IMG/VR virus record: IMGVR_UViG_3300047400_000175
Strand: one strand, 5' to 3'
From: an uncultured virus (IMG/VR IMGVR_UViG_3300047400_000175)
Taxonomy: Duplodnaviria; Heunggongvirae; Uroviricota; Caudoviricetes
DNA: 64,000 nucleotides
The stretch's first letter is position 1. Every line of letters starts with the position of its first letter. The notes beneath the pieces were generated by a model. It saw only the letters and a program-made list of their open reading frames with translations. It was not told where the DNA came from and made no database searches. Position numbers and translations under genes: made by a program. Positions 47,083 to 55,385 of the stretch are shown piece by piece.

Positions 47083-48939
47083 ATGTATAAAAAATTAAGT
47101 GTAAAAGATAGAATGGACTATATGTCCATGTATAAAAAAGCATATCCTAATAGTTCCTATAGGGATATGGTTGAGAGTTATAATGATTTAGATAAATATC
47201 CAGATGGAGGATCTACAGGTCCTCATAGAACATATAATATTAATGATATTCCAACAAAACAATTACCTCCATCTTCAGAGACTGTACAAACTCAATATCA
47301 AAAACCAGAAAATCCTTATTTAAAAGGTAACCTATTAGATTATCGTAATAATATTAATGCTGAAGAAAAAGCCAAAAGAGATTATGCAGAAAGTATTAGA
47401 TTAGCACAAGAACAAATACTTAAAGATAAAACTAAAAAATTTATTAATTCACCAGAGGGTAAGAAATATTTAGAAGAGGGAGTTAATAATAGTATAAATA
47501 ATCCAGTATTTAAAGCTGTTACATATGCTACACCTATTGGTACAGTAGTTGGAGGTATAGAGGGAATAGCAAATTTAGCGCCTGATTTATATAACAATAA
47601 TTATAAAAAGGCCATTATTGATGCTGCAAGTATGATTCCATTAGTTGGTAAAGGAATACCAAATCTTTATAAATATAATCCTTGGGCATTCAAACCTAAT
47701 CCTGAAGCTTATTATAGAATGTTAGGAAATGAAGGATTTGCAGATGCTATGGAAAGTGGAGTAATTAGAGCTAATCCAAAACTTAAACAATTTGATGATG
47801 TTTATTTTAGTATGAAACATCCTTGGGATGGAAGAAATTATGGATATGTTACAAGATCTGGAGAACCTATAGGAGGAGTTGGTTATAAAGGACCTTATAT
47901 GGCAGAATTAACAGGACAAGAATTAAATCATCCAATATCTTCATTTCCAAGAGCTAATATGGCTCAATCAAAAGTACCAATACCTATAGAAAATCCTGGT
48001 GTAAAATTCTATAAACAAGATTGGCTAAGAGGATATAAACCTGTAGAAGTTCCTGGACAAGTTTCTGCAGGAACACTTCCTCCTCCTGTTCAATCAGGAC
48101 TTAATCCATTAGCTATAGCTGATCAATTAACTCCAATGTTACCTCATCCTATGAGGATACCTTTAATGGGAGCAACTGTAGAAAATATGGGACCTTTTAC
48201 AGGAAGTCCTTTAAACTTTATTCCAGGATACGGTGTAAATTTAGGAAGATCAGGATCTGCATTTAGAAAGTTTGGTAATACCATGGAACATGTAATGGAT
48301 ACTAAAACATTAAGTCCAAAAGGAGGTGCAGCATTAAGAATGGGAAAAGATCAAATTGTTAATGAAGGAAACTGGGCAGCTTTAGAAAAACCAGATGAAA
48401 ATTATAAAGGTGTATTTGCTGCACAATTTGATTTTAATAATCCAGGCACAGAATTAGGATATGTTAATCCTAGTAATAGAAATGGTGTATTGATTGCAAC
48501 AAAGTCTGGAGAAAAACTTGTAGATATTCCAATACAAGATGAAGGATTAAGTTTTCATAGACGACTTCCTTTTTCTAATAGATATATTCCTATAGATAAA
48601 CAAAAGTTATTAAATGATAAGTTTCAATGGTCTACACAAGGAGGGCATCTTCAAAGTTTATTAGAAAAACATGGGTATGGTCTTGGATATGCTGGATGGT
48701 TATCTGCTCTTGGATATCCTCAAATGATGGATGCTTATAAAAAATATGCAATAGATCCAATTAAAGAAAAAGTACAACCTTATCTTGATAAATATTTAAA
48801 AAATAAAAAACAAGGTGGTGTAATAAAAGATGATAGAGGACAATGGGCTCATCCTGGAGAGATTAAAGTATTTAACTTAGTACCTCCAGCAATAGGAACA
48901 AGTTTATATCTAAAATCACAACAAAATAATAAAGAATGA
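47083..48939 (+). CDS. modular cargo/effector-like protein
   Basis: 618 aa; YPDGG and KKQGG motifs; DDRGQWAHPGE; mosaic composition. Confidence 0.7.
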   Translation: MYKKLSVKDRMDYMSMYKKAYPNSSYRDMVESYNDLDKYPDGGSTGPHRTYNINDIPTKQLPPSSETVQTQYQKPENPYLKGNLLDYRNNINAEEKAKRDYAESIRLAQEQILKDKTKKFINSPEGKKYLEEGVNNSINNPVFKAVTYATPIGTVVGGIEGIANLAPDLYNNNYKKAIIDAASMIPLVGKGIPNLYKYNPWAFKPNPEAYYRMLGNEGFADAMESGVIRANPKLKQFDDVYFSMKHPWDGRNYGYVTRSGEPIGGVGYKGPYMAELTGQELNHPISSFPRANMAQSKVPIPIENPGVKFYKQDWLRGYKPVEVPGQVSAGTLPPPVQSGLNPLAIADQLTPMLPHPMRIPLMGATVENMGPFTGSPLNFIPGYGVNLGRSGSAFRKFGNTMEHVMDTKTLSPKGGAALRMGKDQIVNEGNWAALEKPDENYKGVFAAQFDFNNPGTELGYVNPSNRNGVLIATKSGEKLVDIPIQDEGLSFHRRLPFSNRYIPIDKQKLLNDKFQWSTQGGHLQSLLEKHGYGLGYAGWLSALGYPQMMDAYKKYAIDPIKEKVQPYLDKYLKNKKQGGVIKDDRGQWAHPGEIKVFNLVPPAIGTSLYLKSQQNNKE

Positions 48940-49643
48940 ACAATACAACATTAAATAAATTAGTCTGGCAATGTCTAGAAATGGCCAATGGAGGTTCTGT
49001 ACCAAACGATAGTCAAGCAAGCTATGAACTTGTAAGACAATGGGTTGAAGAACAGAGAGCAATATTAATATCTCAAAGTATCTCTAAAGGAGATGATATT
49101 AATGATTCCTGGATACAATATATAAATTGTGTAGATTTAGAACAAATTGATAGTTCTTCTTGTCCTTGTGAAGTAACAAGTGGTTGTTTAGTTTTAAAAA
49201 GTAAACAAAGATTACCAAGTACAATAGATACGTGGGAAGATAATAATATCAATAGTGTTGTAACACCTTTAGGTGTTGTAATATCTAAAACTAATCCAGT
49301 TAAATCAAGATATGATAAATATAATAAATATACTGGAGAAAAGAGAGCATGGTTTATTAAAGATGATTATCTTTACATTTTAAATGAAGAAATGCTGGAA
49401 TCAGTAAGTGTATCTGGAGTATTTGAATATCCTATGGATGTAGCTAGATTTACTTGTAATGGACAACCTTGTATGACAGAGGACAGCCCATACCCAGTAA
49501 GTTTAAACTTAATGTCTAATATTATAGACATAGTAGTTAAAACAAAGATAATACCATTTATGCAAAGTTTTGCTAGTATGACAAATGATGCTAATGGATT
49601 GAATGCTAAGCAGTTACAACAAGATAAACAAACTAAACCATAA
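48936..49643 (+). CDS. tail ring protein
   Basis: W....RA.LI; Q...C..LE..D..C.C; KY.KYT; V.GVFE.P; YP. Confidence 0.75.
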   Translation: MNNTTLNKLVWQCLEMANGGSVPNDSQASYELVRQWVEEQRAILISQSISKGDDINDSWIQYINCVDLEQIDSSSCPCEVTSGCLVLKSKQRLPSTIDTWEDNNINSVVTPLGVVISKTNPVKSRYDKYNKYTGEKRAWFIKDDYLYILNEEMLESVSVSGVFEYPMDVARFTCNGQPCMTEDSPYPVSLNLMSNIIDIVVKTKIIPFMQSFASMTNDANGLNAKQLQQDKQTKP

Positions 49644-49644
49644 T

Positions 49645-50133
49645 ATGGAAAATAAAGGAATAAAAAGATGTTTTGGTAATAAAGGTTCTGTATGGAAATA
49701 TAAGAAAACTAAAGGTCCACTAGAAATGTATAAATTCTATTTAGGCAAATGTAAAGAATCAAAGAAGAAGCCTGTTAAATATACAGAATTTAAAAACATT
49801 ATAAATTTTTGTAATAAAGAAGTGGTCAGACAAGCATTACTTGGTAATGTAATTAAATTACCAAATAGAGCAGGATACTTACAAATAATTAAAAAGCATA
49901 GAGTATTCAGTTCTCCTACAATTAGAAAACATGTTAATTGGGGGCAAACTTATAAACATAATAAAATATTATATTATGATGATAAATTTATTTATAAATG
50001 GGTGTGGATTAAAAGAACATCTATTTTAAAAAATAAAACATTTTTTAAATTTAAACCTGCAAGAGATACAGCAAGAGCAATTGTTGGATATGTAGGTGAT
50101 GGACAACAATATTTTGGACAAATAAGAAAATGA
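49645..50133 (+). CDS. IHF-like basic protein of the crAss tail module
   Basis: KLP...G.L.I.K; VNW..T; F.FKP.R; ATG (MENKG) preferred. Confidence 0.65.
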   Translation: MENKGIKRCFGNKGSVWKYKKTKGPLEMYKFYLGKCKESKKKPVKYTEFKNIINFCNKEVVRQALLGNVIKLPNRAGYLQIIKKHRVFSSPTIRKHVNWGQTYKHNKILYYDDKFIYKWVWIKRTSILKNKTFFKFKPARDTARAIVGYVGDGQQYFGQIRK

Positions 50134-50852
50134 TATACAAATATACAAGTATTAAGACTGTATTAGCTAAAATATACAGAGATTTACAATTAAATCAAGA
50201 ATTACCAGAAAGCGATGTAATTGAATGGATTGCTGAGGCACTATCTATGATAGGAGCATATTCTCAATATGAGGAAATATCAGATTGTTTAGAATTATCT
50301 TCTGGTAAAGCTAAACTTCCATGCAACTTTGAGGCACTAGTAGACATTAGTTATAAGGGACTTCCTGTTTATTGGGCAACTAACACCAATCAAACAAATT
50401 ATCAATGTAAAGATTGTAGAATACCTAGATGCATTGGTAGTGAATGTTTATATACATTCTATATAAATGACAGTTATATTATTTCTAATATAGGACTAGA
50501 TGATAATACAAATGAAAAACTTTGTATTGTGTATAACGGAATACCTGTAGATGAGGATGGTTATCCTAGAATACCTGATGATGTGTATTATATAAAAGCT
50601 CTAACTGCTTATGTAACATACATGTTAGATAGGGCAAATTGGAGAAAAGGTAGAGTTAATGATAAAGTAGTTGCTTCATCTGAACAAGATTGGTTATTTT
50701 ATGTAAATTCTGCAAGAGGTTCTGCAAATCTTCCTAATGTTCAACAATTAGAAAGTCTTAAAAATACCATTAAAAGATTATTTAGTCCAGCTAATGATTA
50801 TAAAACTGGATTTAGTAATTTCAATAAACCAGAAAAATTTAATTTGAAATAA
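50130..50852 (+). CDS. tail tubular / ring protein
   Basis: S...V.AK.YRD; EW..EAL..IG; Y.G.P.D.DGYP.IPD; W..Y...ARG. Confidence 0.8.
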   Translation: MIYKYTSIKTVLAKIYRDLQLNQELPESDVIEWIAEALSMIGAYSQYEEISDCLELSSGKAKLPCNFEALVDISYKGLPVYWATNTNQTNYQCKDCRIPRCIGSECLYTFYINDSYIISNIGLDDNTNEKLCIVYNGIPVDEDGYPRIPDDVYYIKALTAYVTYMLDRANWRKGRVNDKVVASSEQDWLFYVNSARGSANLPNVQQLESLKNTIKRLFSPANDYKTGFSNFNKPEKFNLK

Positions 50853-53800
50853 TGGCTGAAGAACAAAATAATTCATCTCCTGTAAAACTCTTTAACAAAG
50901 GTATGAACCAGGATGTAGATAAAAAATTACTACAAAACGGTTTTTACATTGAAGGACATAATATACAAATAATTTCCGATAGTACAGGTACATCATTTGA
51001 TATTACTAATACTAAAGGTAATGTATATAAACTCCCTATTCCTAAAATACCACAAGTTCAAGAAATTAAACTAGGAACAATTAATCCTAATGATAAATGT
51101 ACAATTACTATTGCTGGTAATACAGGATCACTTATAACATTTACTGATACTACTACTTTACAAGATATATATACTAATATATCAAACATTACTGGTTTTG
51201 GAATAACATTCAATGCTTATATAAGCGGTACACATATTGTAATTTATTCATTAATTGGAGGTTTGTATATTGGGGATATTGTCATAACTTACAGTGTAGG
51301 AAGTGGAGATTTAGTACCAAAAACTGATTACATACCAGAACAACCAGATAAAAGGCAAGGTCCTTACAATATTATAGGAAGTGTTGAATTAAGAGGAGAT
51401 ATTTATTTATATACAACTTGTTGTACAGATAAAAATCCTGGAGGACATAATTCTAGTTTACTAACAGATGCTAGTTCTGTAGGACAGATTTGGAAAATGA
51501 GTTATGATAAAATAACTCTATCTGTTACATTAACATTAGTATATAATCAATACATAGACTTTTCAACATATTGGGGAATAGCACCAACAGCAACAATAGG
51601 AAGATATGAAAATGATGCTATTAAAAGAATTTATTGGACAGATAATTTTAATAAAATTAGACAATTAAATATTGCTAACTCTAATTTATTAGCATTAGAT
51701 GTTACACAATTAGATATTGTTCCAGGAGTAGATTTTGATATTCCTATAATGACTAATAGAAATGGTGGAGGAGGATCTAAACCAATAGGTGCTTATCAAT
51801 GTGCTTACAGATATAAAAATACAGGAGGAGCAATTACTGGATGGAGTAATCTTTCTAATATCATATATTTAACACAATATGATGATAAGAATGGTTCAGA
51901 CAACTTTTTAAAGAATGTAGGTAATGATTCTGGTACTGGAACAGACCAAACAATTACTTGGACATTCCCCAACTTAGATAGAGATTTTAATACAATAGAA
52001 GTTGCTGTAGTTAGAAGGATATCTTCAACAGCATCTCCAGATATATTTATAGTTGCTGAGTTACCTATTGTACAAGATACTTTATCTTACACATATACAG
52101 GCAATGAAGTACCTATTGGTGTAACTCTTGCTGAGTTTTTAAACCCTGTAGGAGTATTTACACATTGTAAAACAATAGGTAGTAAAGATAATAGACTTTT
52201 TGTTGCTAATGTTAGAACAGAACAACAAGAGTTAGATTACGATGCTAGAGCTTATAGATGGAATAGTGATCCTAAAATGTCAATAGTTAATAATGGAGTC
52301 ACTGAGACATATACATTAGCTACATTAGACACAATACCAGATGATGCAGATGCTATTAATCCTTCATTATATCAACCATCTCCTACAGCAGGATTTATAT
52401 ATAAATCTGATGGTGTTACATTAGGAGGGGAAGGATTACACATTTCTTATGAGTTTTTAACAATGGCTACAGAGTGTGAGGCAAGTACAACATCAATTAA
52501 TTATGGTATTGTTAATGACCAATTAAGTCCTTGGCGATGGACAAACCCAAACTTTGATACTAACAATATAACACTAGATGTTAAATCTATTGAAAATAAT
52601 AACACAGAATATTATCAACAATATCCTAATAACTTTGCACAAGGTAAATGTAATGCAGGGTTAAAATATAATAGTACATCTTCATTACTAAGAGGTTATC
52701 AAAGAAATGAAGTTTATAGATTTGGTATTCAATTTTATGATAAATCTAAAAAACCGTATTATGTAAAATGGATTGGAGATATTAAATTCCCTGATTATTG
52801 GGAGGATAATAATAATCCACTTTACGAAAATGGCACAACAGATCCAATTAGTGATTTTAGATTAGTATATAATAAATCACATAATGGTTATAGGCAAGCA
52901 TTTGTTAGAGAATTAGGTATTAAATTTACAGTAAAGATTCCAGATAAATACATACCGTTGATAGATGGATATTCTATTGTTAGGGTTAAAAGAGAGCAAA
53001 AAGACAAAACAATTATTGCTACTGGGATTATTAACCCAGTAACCAATGATAATGATAATCCAGAACAATTATATATAACTTCATTGTATAATAATACATT
53101 TAGTCCATTTAATGATGCTGGAAATTTTACAAGTTCTCCTACAGATTTTGAAAATAGATGTTTTTTTACAAGTTCTAATCCGTGTGATATAAATCAACCA
53201 GTGGTATTCGGTAATGGAGATACTCTAAAAATAAAAGGTATATTAAGTGAAGTTAATTCAGCACACAGTATGTATTTTACATTTGGTGGTTATCCTAGTG
53301 TAATAAATGATTATTTTAAATATTATACAATGAATAATCCAAGTGGTTATTCAACTGAAGTAACAATAGACAATTCATTATACTTGAGTCCAGCTGGTGT
53401 TGGAACAGACAATGAAGGGATTATTAATAGAACAGTTAATAATTTTGATATAGGAGCTAGATGGGATGCTAGCTTAGGAATGTATGTTAGAGATACCACT
53501 GTATCATTTTCAATAGGTAATCCAATTACTTATATAAGAATGAGTAGTGCAATAGATTGGGATGGTACAGTAAATAATTTTTCTAAATACTTTGTAACAA
53601 TAGAAAGATCGTTACCTGATCAATATGGAGGGAATACATTTGTAGCAAGGACTAATAACCAATACCTATCCTGTCAGCAATATAGACCAATTAGAAATAA
53701 CTCAGTAAACGATACTTTCTATTTATTTGGAGGAGATACATGGGTACAAATGTATGACTCATTAAGATGGGCTTGTAATTTTGGAAATATTAGAACAGCC

Positions 53801-55243
53801 GTACATATGACAGGAGGAAACGCCTTGTATCCATTCTCATGTGTGCAATTTTTTCCAACAGAGACAACAATAAATACTGAATTAAGATATGGAGGATATG
53901 TTAATAGATTTTATACAAATCCAGGTAGTTTGCCAGGGGAATACTATGAAACATATAGTTCTAATGGAGTATTTGCTTTAGAAAATGATATACAAGTATA
54001 TTTCCCAAAACCATATCCATATATTAATAATGACATATTTGATAATAGATTCTATGCTTCTGAAATTAAGATTAATGGAGAATTAACTGATAATTGGGGA
54101 GTATTCAAACAAGAGAATTATTGGGATGTAGAAGGTATTTATGGTCCAGTAAATGCTATGAGAATAATGAAGGACAAAATGTATTTCTGGCAAAATAGAG
54201 CTTTTGGTATTATGGAAATAAATCCAAGGGTTGTATTACAAGATCAAAATAATACAGCATTACAACTTGGTACTGGTAATGTATTACAAAGACATGACTA
54301 TATCTCTACAGAAGTTGGACTACAACATCAATGGGGAGTTACTTGGAGTGCTTATAAACTATTTTGGTTAGATGTAGCTAATAGAAAATTCTTTAATTAT
54401 TCAGAAGGACAGCCAGTAAGTCCAAGCTCTGATATTAAAGGAATGTTTTCTTATTTTCAAAATCATTTAAAATATAATATTAATAATTTTGATAAGCCAA
54501 TATTTTATGATACCAAACTAGAAGGAATTAATGGAGTTAGACTTGTTTATGACTTTAAGAATGAAGAAGTGATATTATGTGTTACAGATGTATTAGATAA
54601 TGAAACTAAAGACTATTGGACTCTTATATATAATGATAAATTAGACGCATGGGTAAGCTTTAAAAATGCCCAAATAAGCACATTATTTCCAACAGATGGT
54701 TATAAGATATTCTCAACACATATAAACAAAGGCACAGATTGTGATATTTACATGGAGAATGTGGGGGATTATGGAAGATATTATGGTGTTATTAGTCCTA
54801 GTAAATTAAGTTTTGTAGTCAATGAAGGTCCAACAGTTACTAAAACATTTGATAATTTATCACTAGATGTACAAAGTTTAAATCAGAATAAAGTAAATCA
54901 ATATACAGATTTTTGGAATGCTATTAGAGTATATGATGCTTCGCAAAATACTGACTATCAAAACTTTGTAGTTAAAACTAGTTATAATACTCCTACTAAT
55001 TGGAATGTTAACAGGAAAGAAAGAACTTGGAAACTAGCGATACCTCGTAACAGAGTTATTAATTTAGGTTCAGAAAGTCCTGACATATTTAATTCTAGTA
55101 ATTTATCTAGTCCAGATAATAAACCTTATGGAGATAGGATGAGAGATAAGTACTTTGTAGTCGATTTAGTATATGATAATTCAGATAATAATTTGCTTAT
55201 TACTAATAATATTACCCCTGGTATCAGACAGTCAGATAGATAA
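50852..55243 (+). CDS. tail stabilisation / muzzle protein
   Basis: 1463 aa; F.KGM..D; IYWTD..N..R; GYQR.EVYRFGI; GGDT; K.FDN; R.ER.W; RMR..Y. Confidence 0.85.
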   Translation: MAEEQNNSSPVKLFNKGMNQDVDKKLLQNGFYIEGHNIQIISDSTGTSFDITNTKGNVYKLPIPKIPQVQEIKLGTINPNDKCTITIAGNTGSLITFTDTTTLQDIYTNISNITGFGITFNAYISGTHIVIYSLIGGLYIGDIVITYSVGSGDLVPKTDYIPEQPDKRQGPYNIIGSVELRGDIYLYTTCCTDKNPGGHNSSLLTDASSVGQIWKMSYDKITLSVTLTLVYNQYIDFSTYWGIAPTATIGRYENDAIKRIYWTDNFNKIRQLNIANSNLLALDVTQLDIVPGVDFDIPIMTNRNGGGGSKPIGAYQCAYRYKNTGGAITGWSNLSNIIYLTQYDDKNGSDNFLKNVGNDSGTGTDQTITWTFPNLDRDFNTIEVAVVRRISSTASPDIFIVAELPIVQDTLSYTYTGNEVPIGVTLAEFLNPVGVFTHCKTIGSKDNRLFVANVRTEQQELDYDARAYRWNSDPKMSIVNNGVTETYTLATLDTIPDDADAINPSLYQPSPTAGFIYKSDGVTLGGEGLHISYEFLTMATECEASTTSINYGIVNDQLSPWRWTNPNFDTNNITLDVKSIENNNTEYYQQYPNNFAQGKCNAGLKYNSTSSLLRGYQRNEVYRFGIQFYDKSKKPYYVKWIGDIKFPDYWEDNNNPLYENGTTDPISDFRLVYNKSHNGYRQAFVRELGIKFTVKIPDKYIPLIDGYSIVRVKREQKDKTIIATGIINPVTNDNDNPEQLYITSLYNNTFSPFNDAGNFTSSPTDFENRCFFTSSNPCDINQPVVFGNGDTLKIKGILSEVNSAHSMYFTFGGYPSVINDYFKYYTMNNPSGYSTEVTIDNSLYLSPAGVGTDNEGIINRTVNNFDIGARWDASLGMYVRDTTVSFSIGNPITYIRMSSAIDWDGTVNNFSKYFVTIERSLPDQYGGNTFVARTNNQYLSCQQYRPIRNNSVNDTFYLFGGDTWVQMYDSLRWACNFGNIRTAVHMTGGNALYPFSCVQFFPTETTINTELRYGGYVNRFYTNPGSLPGEYYETYSSNGVFALENDIQVYFPKPYPYINNDIFDNRFYASEIKINGELTDNWGVFKQENYWDVEGIYGPVNAMRIMKDKMYFWQNRAFGIMEINPRVVLQDQNNTALQLGTGNVLQRHDYISTEVGLQHQWGVTWSAYKLFWLDVANRKFFNYSEGQPVSPSSDIKGMFSYFQNHLKYNINNFDKPIFYDTKLEGINGVRLVYDFKNEEVILCVTDVLDNETKDYWTLIYNDKLDAWVSFKNAQISTLFPTDGYKIFSTHINKGTDCDIYMENVGDYGRYYGVISPSKLSFVVNEGPTVTKTFDNLSLDVQSLNQNKVNQYTDFWNAIRVYDASQNTDYQNFVVKTSYNTPTNWNVNRKERTWKLAIPRNRVINLGSESPDIFNSSNLSSPDNKPYGDRMRDKYFVVDLVYDNSDNNLLITNNITPGIRQSDR

Positions 55244-55280
55244 TATTAACAATATACTAATAATATAGTAAATACTTATA

Positions 55281-55320
55281 TAAATACTTGCAAATATCAA
55301 ATAAATTCATTATATTGAAT
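55281..55320 (+). promoter_or_regulatory. repeated promoter motif, copy 5
   Basis: TTG(55288)-N20-TATATT(55311). Confidence 0.7.
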
Positions 55321-55385
55321 ATAACATGAAAAGAAAACCAAAATTAAAATATTAAATATAACATGAAAAAAAAACCAAAATTAAA
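55318..55385 (+). repeat. 31-bp direct duplication of a translation start (period 37)
   Basis: AATATAACATGAAAA(G/A)AAAACCAAAATTAAA at 55318 and 55355. Confidence 0.85.

Noticed and set aside
447..47597. Short antisense or alternate-frame ORFs (e.g. 447, 1582, 1890, 4544, 10724, 12987, 18410, 20528, 22038, 28145, 30026, 30300, 30858, 36701, 39173, 40077, 42053, 45560, 45859, 46120, 47382)
   Set aside because: They overlap better-supported genes, mostly oppose operon polarity, and have shadow-like F/I/L/S composition
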